From Rebecca billardiae RCC1528 (lineage: Eukaryota > Protista > Haptophyta), in the NCBI GenBank assembly GCA_965240325.2, contig OZ251247.1:868001-932000 (forward strand): a DNA stretch of 64,000 bases, read 5' to 3'. Under the pieces are notes generated by a model that saw nothing but the letters and a program-made list of their open reading frames with translations, was not told the DNA's origin and made no database searches. Positions 17,191-30,020 of this stretch are shown here, one piece after another; within the stretch, counting starts at the first letter, position 1; every line of letters begins with the position of its first letter. The translations under genes were made by a program, and so were the position numbers.

Positions 17191-19049
17191 CGGCGTTGTG
17201 CGACGCCACAGCGCTGAGGCTGTCAGCTTGCGCTGGGTCTGCGCCAGCGGCCGCCAGGCGAGCCGACAGGGCAGCAGTCCATGCCGCATGACCCAGCGCG
17301 TCCATATCCAGGGGAGGACCTGGCGGCGAGCTGACCAGTGCCGGTCAGCGCCGGGCCAGTGCAAGCACACCCATTCGGCCGCGGCAAGCACATCGGCGGC
17401 CAGGGCGGAGCCTAAGCCCACCATGTAGAAGGGGTGCTGCATGGCCTTTGCGGCTGCAATCTGCTGCTCGAGCACACCACGCGCCTTTACCGGCGCAGAG
17501 GAGCCATCCTCTCTGGGCATCGATGCTCGCCATTGCACCATTCACTAGGGCAGCGCAGCAGCCGGCCGCTCGTGGCCGACACCAGGAGGAGCGGAGCCGG
17601 AAGGCCGGTGCTGCCGCCTTGACCGATGATGCATGCATGCCTTGGCGCTGGCGCCGGAATGCCGCCCGCCGCGCGGCGTCCGCCGCGAGCGCGGTCTCGC
17701 TGGAACCCATTGCGCAGCAGGGATGAAGCGGGCGCTGACGTCCGTCCGCAGAAGGCCTCTTTGGAGTCTTTGCCCCGTCGCGTAGTGCGGGCCACCCGAC
17801 GAAACTTTAGTGTCGCGCCTGCGGCCCAAGGGTTTCGTCGCCGCGGCGCCAGCCCGGAGCGGAAATCATCGCGCTGACTGCCACATGGGTGCGGACGACG
17901 CTGAGGCCCGCGCAGAGGCCCGCGCCGCGGCGGAGCGGCGGGCCAGAGCGGTGGCCCTGCATGCTGTGCATGGGGGCAGGCCTGCCCGCGCTGGCGCGAA
18001 TGCTGTGCCACCCGATAACTTGCAGGAGGAGCCCACACCGACGGGCGTGGCCCAGCGCGATTATGGCGCTGCTGAGCTGCAGGCGAGCAAGCAGAGCCAG
18101 GTGAAGCCCGCTCGCCCAGCAGGTCTCCATGTCGGGCCCAAGCGTCGGGGCTGCATTGACTTGCAGCGCGCAAGCGCGGCTGACCGTTGAGCGGTACATC
18201 CTTGGGCTGTGAGTGCCACTCGCAAGCGCTCCAACCGGAGCGCTCGTGCCGCCGCCAAGACGGGCGGCAGCTGCAGCGGCGGAGGCGACGGCAGCGGAGG
18301 CCGTGCGCCGACCGGCAAGAGCAAGCAGCACGAGGCATGCCGCGCCTAGCTCCCTCAGGGTGGGTGGGTGGGAAGAAAACGCGCTCGGTGCGCTCCCCCG
18401 CTGGCTCGGCAAGCCATGGAGCCGATGGCTCTGGCGACTGCCTTTTGGTACGGTGCCTGTCGCGCGAGGCGAGCCGCGTGCCTTCACGTGCGGCCTGCGG
18501 CACGCCCGTTTTGCCCGGACGTTCACTGTCCGGCTCAGCCGGTGCGGCTGCAGATTAGTAAGTTACCACGAGCCTTCGGTCGTTTTCACCACACTAATCT
18601 GGCAGCCTGGCCTATTGCCATGACAGCAGCTGTGCTGATGAACTTATAGGCTTAGCGGTGCGACGCTTGCTTGCGCCTGACCACTGACTTGATGATGCAT
18701 GGGAAGTGAGGTGAGACCGGGGAGGCCCGACTCAGGTGCCTGCCCAAGCCCGCCAAAGGCGCTGGTTTGGGCTGGCCCAGTCGGGCTTCCGATCCCCAAC
18801 GCACTGTCCAGCTCACTATCCCAACGCAACCTCACGCTGGGCATGCGCCACTACAGCCGAAAGAGGCCGTGCGGCAGCGCTGCTCTGCCAGCTGCTGAGG
18901 TCATAACTCCGACCCGGCTGGGTAAGGGGGGCAGGCCCTCCAGAATGGAGTAGCCAGACCGGCCCCCAAGCAGGGGATAACTGAGCGCGCGTGTATCGCA
19001 CATGCATCCAGCGACTGCTGTCGCAGGCCAGCACCCGCGCAGCAACATG

Positions 19050-22000
19050 AGGAGCCAACCCCCATGTGTTCCCCCCAAGCGTCAGGGGAGCCAATTCTGC
19101 GTGACAAGGGGCAATAACAGCAAACCACCTTGTGGGGCCGGACCCGCGCTGCGGACCGGACTGTGCCACGCCGCCGGGGCGAGCAAGAGAGGGCGACGAG
19201 CCATCTGCAGCCCCTTGTCCAACCGCAGGGGGAGTCAACCCTATGGCGTGCCTCCCAAGCGTCAGGGGAGCCAACCCGCGTGACGAGGGACTGCAAGCCG
19301 CCAGGGGGGTCACCAGTAGGGCCGGCTGGCAGACGCTAGACGACGCGCCGCCACCGGGACGGGCGGGGAATTGGGAAAGGCGACGAGCCACGCCCGGTGC
19401 CCAGCCACAGGGCAGGGGCGAGCGGGAGATTCGACGGTGCCGATTCGACGAGCCATCCGCCGCCCAGTGTCCAACCGCCGGGGGAGCCATCCCCATGGCG
19501 TGCCGCCCATGCGTCAGGGGAGCCAACCCGCATGACGACCTGGGGACAGCCGCAAAGCGTTCTCGAACCGCCGGGCAGCGGGACGTGCCCGCGGCGCCGG
19601 CAGCAGGGACGAGCGGGGAAAGGCGGCAAGCCACCCGCCGCCCGAAGCCTAGCCGCAGCCGGGGCGAGCGGGAGACTCGACGAGCCATCCGCCACCCCGT
19701 GTCCAACCGCCGGGGGAGCCATCCCCATGGCGTGCCGCCCAGGCGTCAGGGGAGCCAACCCGCATGACGACCTGGGGACAACCGCAAAGCGTTCTCGGAC
19801 CGCCGGGCCGCGGGACGTGCCCGCGGCGCCGGCAGCAGGGACGAGCGGGGAAGGGCGACGAGCCATCCGCCGCCCGAAGCTTAGCTGCCGCCGGGGCGAG
19901 CGGGAGACTCGACGAGCCATCCGCCGCCCCGTGTCCAACCGCCGGGGAAGCCATCCCCATGGCGTGCAGCCCAGGCGTCAGGGGAGCCAACCCGCATGAC
20001 GACCTGGGGACAACCGCAAAGCGTTCTCGAACCGCCGGGCCGCGGGACGTGCCCGCGGTGCCGGCAGCAGGGACAAGCGGGGAAGGGTGACGAGCCATCA
20101 GCCGCCCGAAGCCTAGCCGCCGCCGGGGCGGGCGGGAGACTCGACGAGCCATCCGCCGCCCCGTGTCCAACCGCAGGGGGAGCCATCCCCATGGCGTGCC
20201 GCCCAGGCGTCAGGGGAGCCAACCCGCATGACGACCCGGGGACAACCGCAAAGCGCGTTCTCGGACCGCCGGGCCGCGGGACGTGCCCGCGGCGCCGGCA
20301 GCAGGGACGAGCGGGGAAGGGCGACAAGCCATCCGCCGCCCGAAGCCTAGCCGCAGCCGGGGCGAGCGGGAGGCTCGACGAGCCATCCGCCGCCCCGTGT
20401 CCAACCGTCGGGGAAGCCATCCCCATGGCGTGCAGCCCAGGCGTCAGGGGAGCCAATCCGCATGACGACCTGGGGACAACCGCAAAGCGTTCTCGAACCG
20501 CCGGGCAGCGGGACGTGCCCGCGGCGCCGGCAGCAGGGACGAGCGGGGAAAGGCGGCAAGCCACCCGCCGCCCGAAGCCTAGCCGCAGCCGGGGCGAGCG
20601 GGAGACTCGACGAGCCATCCGCCACCCCGTGTCCAACCGCCGGGGGAGCCATCCCCATGGCGTGCCGCCCAGGCGTCAGGGGAGCCAACCCGCATGACGA
20701 CCTGGGGACAACCGCAAAGCGTTCTCGGACCGCCGGGCCGCAGGACGTGCCCGCTGCGCCGGCAGCCGGGACGAGCGGGGAAAGGCGACGAGCCATCCGC
20801 CGCCCCGTGTCCAACCGCAGGGGGAGCCATCCCCATGGCGTGCCGCCCAGGCGTCAGGGGAGCCGACCCGCATGACGACCTGGGGACAACCGCAAAGTAT
20901 TCTCGAACCGCAGGGCCGCGGGACGTGCCCGCGGCGCCGGCAGCAGGGACGAGCGGGGAAGGGAGACGAGCCATCTGCCGCCCGAAGCCTAGCTGCAGGG
21001 GGGCGATCCCCGTCGATGGCGACGCTCCGGCCAGCTGCCCCGCTGCGCCCGGGCGGGACTGCTGGTACGAGAAAGGCACCCGCTGGGCCAAATGACCAGG
21101 GGCCGACCGTGCTGCGCCGCCGGAAGGAAGGCCCCCCGACGATGCATGAGCCAAGGCGCCGAGCCTAGCCGCAGGAGGAGCCACCCCCCTTGTGTTCCCC
21201 CCAAGCGTCAGGGGAGCCGACCAGCATGACCGGGGGGAACGGCGAACCACCCGCCTGGGCCGTTCTTGAACTGCAAGCCCGGGGGGCGCGCCAGCGGGGC
21301 CGGCCGGCCGACGCTAGAGGACGCGCCGCTGCCGGGGCGAGCGGGGAAAGGCGACGAGCCGTCCGCCGCCCGATGCCCAGCTGCCGGGGGAGCCAACCCT
21401 CCGGCGTTCCCCCCACGCGTCAGGGGAGCCAACCCGCATGACAGGGGGGCAACAGCAAACCACCCAGTAGGGTCGGTCCTGCACTGCGAACCGGCCGCCG
21501 GGGCGAGCGGGAGATGGCGCCGAGCCACCCGCCGCCCCGTGTCCGGCCGCCGGGGGAGCCAACCCTCCTGCGTTCCCCCCACGCGTCAGGGGAGCCAACC
21601 CGCATGACGGGGGGCAACCGCAAACCGCCCAGTGGGGTCGGTCCTGCACTGCAAGCCGGACGGCGCCATGCCGCCGGGGCGAGCTGGAGATGGCGCCGAG
21701 CCACCCGCCGCCCCGTGCCCAGCCGCCGGGGGAGCCAACCCCACGGCGTGCCGCCTAGGCGTCAGGGGAGCCATCCCGCTTGACGGCCTGGGGACGACCG
21801 CAAACCGTCCCATAGGACCGTTCTGGTACCGCAGGGCCGCTGGACGTGCCCGCGGCTCCGGCAGTCCTAGAGGAGGCGCCGCGACGCCGCCGGGGCGAGT
21901 GGCCCTGGACGACGGGCCCTCCGCCTCTCCGTGCCCAATCGGCAGGGGATGCATCCCCATCGATGCTTGCGCAACCGCAAAACACCAGTTGGGACCGTTC

Positions 22001-23340
22001 TGGTACCGCAGGGCCGCGGGACGTGCCCGCGGCTCTGGCAGTCCGAGGGGAGGCGCCGCGACGCCGCCGGGGCGAGGGGCCCCGGACGACGGGCCCTCCG
22101 CCTCTCCGTGCCCAATCGGCAGTGCTGCCGGAAGGCCTGCACATCACCGTGCGAGCGAAAGGGGGGCGGCCGGGCCATGCCGGCCACCTGGTCCCCGCCA
22201 CCAGACAGGGGAGCCATCCCCGCCGATGGCGACGCGCTGGCCAGCTGCCCCGCCGCGCCCGGGCGGGGCAGCTGGTGCGAGAAAGGCACCTGCTGGGCCA
22301 AATGCCCAGGGGCCGACCGTGCAGCGCCGCCGGAAGGAAGGTCCCCCGACGACGCGCGAGCCAAGGCGCCGAGCCCAGCCGCAGGAGGAGCCACCCCCCT
22401 TGTGTTCCCCCCCAGCGTCAGGGGAGCCGACCCGCATGACGGGGGGGGAACAGCGAACCACCCTGCCGGGCCGTTCTTGAACTGCAAGCCCGGGGGGTGC
22501 TCGAGCGGGGCCGGCCGGCCGACGCTACGGGACGCGCCGCCTCCGGGGCGAGCGGGAGATGGCGCCAAGCCACCTGCCGCCCCGTGTCCGGCCGCCGGGG
22601 GAGCCAACCCTCCGGCGCTCCCACCACGCGTCAGGGGAGCCAACCCGCATGACGGGGGGCCACAGCAAACCGCCCCGTGGGGTCGGTCCTGCACCGCGAG
22701 CCGGACGGCGCCATGCCGCCGGGGCGAGCGGGAAATGGCGCCGAGCCACCCGCCGCCCCGTGTCCAGCCGCCGGGGGAGCCAACCCCACGGCGTGCCGCC
22801 TAGGCGTCAGGGGAGCCATCCCGCTTGACGGCCTGGGGACGACCGCAAACCGTCCTGCAGGACCGTTCTGGTACCGCAGGGCCGCGGGACGTGCCCGCGG
22901 CTCCGGCAGTCCGAGGGGGGGCGCCGCGACGCCGCCGGGGCGAGTGGCCCCGGACGACCGGCCCTCCGCCTCTCCGTGCCCAATCGGCAGGGGATGCATC
23001 CCCATCGATGCTTGCGCAACCGCAAAACACCCGTTGGGACCGTTCTGGTACCGCAGGGCCGCGGGACGTGCCCGCGGCTCTGGCAGTCCGAGGGGGGGCG
23101 CCGCGACGCCGCCGGGGCGAGTGGCCCCGGACGACCGGCCCTCCGCTCTCCGTGCCCAATCGGCAGGGGATGAATCCCCATCGATGCTTGCGCAACCGCA
23201 AAACACCCGTTGGGACAGTTCTGGTACCGCAGGGCCGCGGGACGTGCCAGCGGCTCCGGCAGTCCGAGAGGGGGCGCCGCGACGCCGCCGGGGCGAGTGG
23301 CCCCGGACGACGGGCCCTCCGCCTCTCAGTGCCCCATCGG
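19050..23340. repeat. Complex tandem array inside element 1: ~232-bp units (19400-20950), then a ~1.2-kb duplication containing ~177-bp units
   Basis: CATGACGACC(T/C)GGGGACA recurs at ~19530, 19762, 19994, 20227, 20460, 20692. The core GTCAGGGGAGCCA recurs throughout. Confidence 0.9.
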
Positions 23341-23899
23341 CAGGGGAAGAAAACGCGCTCGGTGCGCTCCCCCGCTGGCTCGGCAAGCCATGGAGCCGAT
23401 GGCTCTGGCGACTGCCTTTTGGTACGGTGCCTGTCGCGCGAGGCGAGCCGCGTGCCTTCACGTGCGGCCTGCGGCACGCCCGTTTTGCCCGGACGTTCAC
23501 TGTCCGGCTCAGCCGGTGCGGCTGCAGATTAGTAAGTTACCACGAGCCTTCGGTCGTTTTCACCACAAACACCGAAGGCTGGTGGCAGCTTACTAATCAG
23601 AAGATGGCTCAAACAACCAGAGGTCACAGCACACCATGCATCGTGCCCGGACCGTGCGCGGTCCGGCAGTGCACAGACTCACAGTGGACCGGATGTTCTT
23701 CCGGGTGAGGCGGCACTCGCCGCCGCAAGGGAAAGCGCATCAGCAGGCGGCTCCGAGTCGCAGCTGCAGGGCAAAGAGGCGCGGCTCCGAGTCGCAGCTG
23801 CATCGCGTTACGTTGCCCCCCGGGGGCGCGGCGACGGCCTCGGCGAGCGTGCCCTTGGGGCCGCAGCTGGGCTCGCACAGCGACATGGCCCAGTCCTCG

Positions 23900-26800
23900 T
23901 GGCGCGATGGCCCGCGGGGATAGGGCCTCCCCCGACCGCCGGCTCTTCGCGGGTCGGCGAGGGTTGCCAACAACCTGCAACCCTGCAACCGAGAAGCGCT
24001 CGTTGCATTCCGCGGCGCTGCCGCAGACGGTCGGGGCGAGCGTGCCCTCGGGGCCGCCGTCGGTGTCTCATGGAGACAGGGTCCAGCCCTCGTGGCTCGA
24101 TGGCCCGCTGGCGCTCTGGCCTACCTCAGTCGGCCCTTCGGGAGTCTGTGAGGGTTGCCTGCAACCTGCAACCGGGAAGCTCACGCCGCATATCGCGGTG
24201 CTGCAGCGGACGGTTTGGGCGTGTGCGCCCTTGTGGCCGCCGCCGTTGTCTCATGGAGACAGGGTCCAGCCCTCGTGGCTCGATGGCCCGCTGGTGCTCT
24301 GGCCTGCCTCAGTCGGCTCTTCGTGAGTCGGTGAGGGTTGCCTGCAACCTGCAACCGGGAAGCTCACGCCGCATATCGCGGTGCTGCAGCGGACGGTCTG
24401 GGCGTGTGCGCCCTTGTGGCCGCCGCCGTCGTCTCATGGAGACAGGGTCCAGCCCTCTTGGCTCGATGGCCCGCTGGTGCTCTGGCCTGCCTCAGTCGGC
24501 TCTTCGTGAGTCGGTGAGGGTTGCCTGCAACCTGCAACCGGGAAGCTCACGCCGCATATCGCGGTGCTGCAGCGGACGGTCTGGGCGTGTGCGCCCTCGT
24601 GGCCGCCGCCGTCGTCTCATGGAGACAGGGTCCAGCCCTCGTGGCTCGATGGCCCGCTGGTGCTCTGGCCTACCTCAGTCGGTCCTTCGGGAGTCGGTGA
24701 GGGCTGCCTGCACCTGCAACCGGGAAGCTCACGCAGCGTACAGCTGTGCTGCAGCGGCCGGTTTGGGTGTGTGTGCCCTTGTGGCCGCCGCCGTTGTCTC
24801 ATGGAGACAGGGTCCAGCCCTCGTGGCTCGATGGCTCGCTGGTGCTCTGGCCTACCTCAGTCGGCTCTTCGTGAGTCGGTGAGGGTTGCCTGCAACCTGC
24901 AATTGGGAAGCTCACGCCGCATATCGCGGTGCTGCAGCGGACGGTCTGGGCGTGTGCGCCCTCGTGGCCGCCGCCGTCGTCTCATGGAGACAGGGTCCAG
25001 CCCTCGTGGCTCGATGGCCCGCTGGTGCTCTGGCCTGCCTCAGTCGGCTCTTCGTGAGTCGGTGAGGGTTGCCTGCAACCTGCAACCGGGAAGCTCACGC
25101 CGCATATCGCGGTGCTGCAGCGGACGGTCTGGGCGTGTGCGCCCTCGTGGCCGCCGCCGTCGTCTCATGGAGACAGGGTCCAGCCCTCGTGGCTCGATGG
25201 CCCGCTGGTGCTCTGGCCTACCTCAGTCGGTCCTTCGGGAGTCTGTGAGGGTTGCCTGCACCTGCAACCGGGAAGCTCACGCAGCGTACAGCTGTGCTGC
25301 AGCGGCCGGTTTGGGTGTGTGTGCCCTCGTGGCCGCCACCGTTGTCTCATGGAGACAGGGTCCAGCCCTCGTGGCTCGATGGCTCGCTGGTGCTCTGGCC
25401 TACCTCAGTCGGCTCTTCGTGAGTCGGTGAGGGTTGCCTGCAACCTGCAACCGGGAAGCTCACGCCGCATATCGCGGTGCTGCAGCGGACGGTTTGGGCG
25501 TGTGCGCCCTTGTGGCCGCCGCCGTTGTCTCATGGAGACAGGGTCCAGCCCTCGTGGCTCGATGGCCCGCTGGTGCTCTGGCCTGCCTCAGTCGGCTCTT
25601 CGTGAGTCGGTGAGGGTTGCCTGCAACCTGCAACCGGGAAGCTCACGCCGCATATTGCGGTGCTGCAGCGGACGGTCTGGGCGTGTGCGCCCTTGTGGCC
25701 GCCGCCGTCGTCTCATGGAGACAGGGTCCAGCCCTCGTGGCTCGATGGCCCGCTGGTGCTCTGGCCTGCCTCAGTCGGCTCTTCGTGAGTCGGCGAGGGT
25801 TGCCTGCAACCTGCAACCGGGAAGCTCACGCCGCGTACAGCGGTGCTGCAGCGGACGGTCTGGGCGTGTGCGCCCTCGTGGCCGCCGCCGTCGTCTCATG
25901 GAGACAGGGTCCAGCCCTCGTGGCTCGATGGCCCGCTGGTGCTCTGGCCTACCTCAGTCGGTCCTTCGGGATTCGGTGAGGGTTGCCTGCACCTGCAACC
26001 GGGAAGCTCACGCAGCGTACAGCTGTGCTGCAGCGGCCGGTTTGGGTGTGTATGCCCTTGTGGCCGCCGCCGTTGTCTCATGGAGACAGGGTCCAGCCCT
26101 CGTGGCTCGATGGCCAGCTGGTGCTCTGGCCTGCCTCAGTCCCGGGCTCTTCGTGAGTCGGTGAGGGTTGCCTGCAACCGCCTGCAACCTGGAAGCTCAC
26201 GCAGCATTACATTGCGGTGCTGAGGCGCTGCGGACGGTCTGGGCGTGTGTGCCCTGGTGGCCTGCCGGCGCCGTTCAGTCTCATGCTGAGACACGCGGGC
26301 GGTCCCGGCAGGCCCGTGTGGCTCGATGGCCCGCTGATGCTCGGGCCTACCTCAGTCCCGGGCTCTTCGTAAGTCGGTGAGGGTTGCCTGCAACCGCCTG
26401 CAACCTGGAAGCTCACGCAGCACAACGCGCAAGGCGGTGCTGAGGCGCAGACAGTCTGTATGTGTGTGCCCTCGTGGCCGCCGCAGTTGTCTCACATTAT
26501 ATGATGACAAGTAACTGCTATGAACTGGACAGGGTCCAGCCCGCGTGGCTCGATGGCCCGCAGATGCTTGGGCCTACCTCAGTCCCGGGCTCTTCGTGAG
26601 TCGGTGAGGGCGTTGCCTGCAACCGCCTGCAACCCCTGGAAGCTCACGCTGACACGCAGCACAATGTTGCGCGGTGCTGTTCGGCGCGCGGACGGTCTGG
26701 GCGTGTGCGCCCTGGTGGCCACCGCCATCATGTCTCATGGAGACAGGGTCCAGTCATCTTGGCTTGATGGCCCGCTGGTGCTCGGGCCTCCCTCAGTCGG

Positions 26801-27290
26801 CTCTTCGTGAGTCGTCGGTGAGGGTTGCCTGCAGCCTTTACCTCATTCGACCCTTCGTGCGTCTGCGTGAGGGTTGCATGCCTGCGACTTGCAGCTGAAA
26901 AGCTCGCGCAGCATCACTGCAGCATGCAGCGGTGGCTGCAGCTTACGGTCTGGGCCGATGAGTGTGCCCTCGTGGCAGCTGCGTTGTCTCATGGAGACAG
27001 GGCCCAGCCCTCATGGCTCGATGGCCAGCTGGTGCTCTGGCCTCCCTCAGTAGGCCCTCCGGGAGTCGGTGAGGCTGGCCGAGTGCAGCCTGCAACCAGG
27101 ACTGGCTCACGCTGCATACTGAAGCTGGGCTGCAGCGGGCGCGGGTCCGGTCCGAGTGGGCGTGTGCGCCCTCTGGGCAGTTATCTCCTCATGGAGATAG
27201 GTTTCAGCCCTCGTGGCTCGATGGCCAGCTGGTGCTCGGGCCTACCTCACTCGGCTCTTCGTGAGTCGGTGAGGGGTGCCTGCATCAAGG
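23900..27290. repeat. ~183-bp tandem satellite (~17-18 units) inside element 2
   Basis: TCTCATGGAGACAGGGTCCAGCCC at ~24066, 24249, 24432, 24615, 24797 ... 26076; units degrade beyond ~26150. Confidence 0.92.
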
Positions 27291-28859
27291 CTCGAGCAGT
27301 TCGCGTGCGCTGGACTGACTCGTGTGCACTAGCGGTGGGGCATGCCATTGCTGAGCACACCGGCGGTCAATGGACCGACTCGCCAGCGGGGAGGCAGGAC
27401 TACTCGAACAAGGGACTGCCCCCGCTGCCGCAGCCAGTGCCAGCAGTGGCACTGGCAGCGCAGATAGCACCTGATGGTGCTATCTGGCCGGTGATGGCCA
27501 TCAGGCGTGCATGCTCCACTGATGCATGCGGCACTGTGCTGCATCGTCATACATACTATGCAGCGAGCAGGCCAGAAGTGGCCGAGCAGACCTCTGCAGT
27601 CTCCCTGTGCGCCATCTGAGGCAGCGATGGGAAGGGATGACGCCGGGTGCGGGCAACCGCAGTGGCCAGGAGGGCAATCAATGGGGCTAGGGCGGCCACA
27701 CGCCCGCACTCACACCCGGCCGACGCGGCTGCTGCCGACAGCGCAGCGCCGGTCGGCAGGATGAATGCGGGCGGAGGGGCCGTCCGTTCCTGGCAATGCC
27801 TCATCCCTCTAATCCCATGCAAGCCTCCGCTTAAGGCGGCAGGCAAGGCATAGGGTCTGCTCATCTCTATTCCATATGCTGATCATCAGCAGTTGGATAA
27901 GTGATATGGTTGATTGGCTGACAGCCACGTCAGCGGCGCCGTTGAGGCCCATTTGAGATGGGCAGCGCAGCTGACTCAGTCAGGGGACCTGGTTGACCCA
28001 GATGCCTGATTAGTGGTGCGATAAACACCGAAGGCTGGTGGCAGCTTACTAATCAGAAGATGGCTCAAACAACCAGAGGTCACAGCACACCATGCATCGT
28101 GCCCGGACCGTGCGCGGTCCGGCAGTGCACAGACTCACAGTGGACCGGATGTTCTTCCGGGTGAGGCGGCACTCGCCGCCGCAAGGGAAAGCGCATCAGC
28201 AGGCGGCTCCGAGTCGCAGCTGCATCGCGTCCCACCCAACCCACCCTACACAAGGAAGCTGCAGTGCAGTCATGGCCCGCGGTGCAGGGCGGAGCGCGTA
28301 GCGTGGAGCCCCGCCGGGGGCCCTCACTACGTTGTCAAAAAGATCTTTTGATCAAAGAAAAGGGGACGGGGGACGATTTTTAGGGTTGTTGGAGGGTGAG
28401 TTTTCGCTTTTTTGAGGGGTAGATAGCTCTCTATTACCGCAAGACGCGGTTGACGAAATAGGCGCGCCCGGACGTGAGTAATAAGAAAGATCGAAGGCCG
28501 TCACATTGTCAGTAAAGTTTAGTCATCGTCTCATCGACGTTATTGAAAATTTGGTCGCCGGTCCAAGGGCCGCGTATTGTTTTGACAAAGTGCATGTGCA
28601 TGGGTCATATACTACTACTGTTTCAAACTGCATGTCGGCGTACCGAGCGCGCTGTTTGCCGGTTTGCATTATTTTGCGCACGCGGGGGTTATATTGAAAA
28701 AACCGCCCGGCGCGGCCCCCTACCACCACCAACAGAGCCGGCACTCGCGCCACTCGCCGCCGCGAGTCGGCGCGCGCCGCGCCGCGCTTAGCAGAGCAGC
28801 GAGATCGCGGCGCGCGGGGGCGGAGGGCAAAAACCTGCCCGCGGGCGCGTTCGCCGCTC

Positions 28860-30020
28860 GAGGAGGAGCGCGCAAGGACGAGCCGAGTCCGGAGCACTCG
28901 CGCGAGCTCGTCGCTTGATGAGGACGGGAGCGCGCCGCGAGCACGCAGCGGCAGATGAGCCGGATGCGCCCGGAGCTGTCGACTAGCGCGGCTGACTGAA
29001 GGGCGAGCTCGAGCACGCGAGCTCGCTCCTCGACGCCGAGCGCGAGCTCCTCCTCAACTCGGTCGACGGCGGCGCGGAGGTGCAGCAGCCTGAGGACGAG
29101 CAGGAGCAGTGGAACGCCCGCCGGTTCCGGGTCGCACAGCGGCGCCCAGCTGCACGCGAGCGCGGCCACGTCGTGGCGCGAGGAGCTGCGCGGAGAATGC
29201 GCCGCGCGCATCGACGCGGCGATCACCGGGCTGCAGGCCTCGGTCATCGACGCGTTGCGCACCCTCGCCGCCAGCTGCGACGAGTCCGCCGTCGAGCTGC
29301 AGCAGCTGCGCGCGCAGTGATTGATGGGCGGCCTCACACCGAGGCCGTGCATGACGGCACGTGCGCGCGGGAGGCGCTGCGCGGAGGCGCTGTGGGCGCC
29401 GAGCTGGCGAAGCGCGGCGCCGAGCTCGACGCGCTGCGCGACGCGGCGACGGACGCGCTGGGCGCGCGCGACGCCCTCGTCGCGACGCCCCGTGCAGCAG
29501 CTCGAGCAGCCAGCTGTGGAGTTGACGGCCGTCGAGGCGACCGCGCCGGGTGCCAGCGGCCAGCACGCACGGGCTCAGCCGCTGCCGCTGGCTGACCGCC
29601 GCCGTGGCTTCGAGGCCGACGCGGCGGAGGAGGCGGCGGGCAAGCACGGCGGCGCTGTGGAGCAGGCACGCACGCGCGGCGGCAGGCGCGACGCGCCGTT
29701 CGCCTCGTTCCACCCCGAGCGGACACCCCGAGCTCCGCTCGGTCTCGCCTCTCGATCGGTGCACGGCCGTGCGCAGCGCAGGCCGGGGCAGCAATGGCGC
29801 GCGCTCTCCGGCTCTGCCGGCACGAGTGAGTGACGAGGCGCGCCGGCTGAGCGACCAGCGGCCCGTCGTCGAGCGCATGGCGCAGCGCGAGCACCTCAAG
29901 CAGGTGCGCCCGCACGCCCGCACGCGCCGGCCCGCGCCGCGCGGCGCCTCTCGCCCTGCGCGCGCGCGCCGGCCTCGGCGGCCGCTTCCCCGCGCGGCCC
30001 GCGGCGACAGTCCTCGGCCC
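28860..30020 (+). pseudogene. Host-like coiled-coil gene fragment inside element 2
   Basis: Host-like codon usage (WREELRGECAARIDAAITGLQASVIDALRTLAASCDESAVELQQLRAQ; ERMAQREHLKQ|GTGCGC donor-like site) with stops and frameshifts. Confidence 0.35.

Larger units (their letters stand above)
16328..23567 (-). mobile_element. Degenerate DIRS/PAT-like split-direct-repeat retroelement 1 (A...BA...B), nested in the left end of element 2
   Basis: A repeat (173 bp) at 16328-16500 and 18596-18768. B repeat (224 bp) at 18370-18593 and 23344-23567. DIRS-type RNase H remnant on the minus strand. Confidence 0.8.

Noticed and set aside
18816-26223. Many long ORFs in the tandem arrays
   Set aside because: Stop-poor GC-rich repeats with shifting frames and no recognisable domains.
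23900-27290. CRISPR-like array
   Set aside because: Whole 183-bp units repeat with no unique spacers, there are no cas genes, and the context is eukaryotic.
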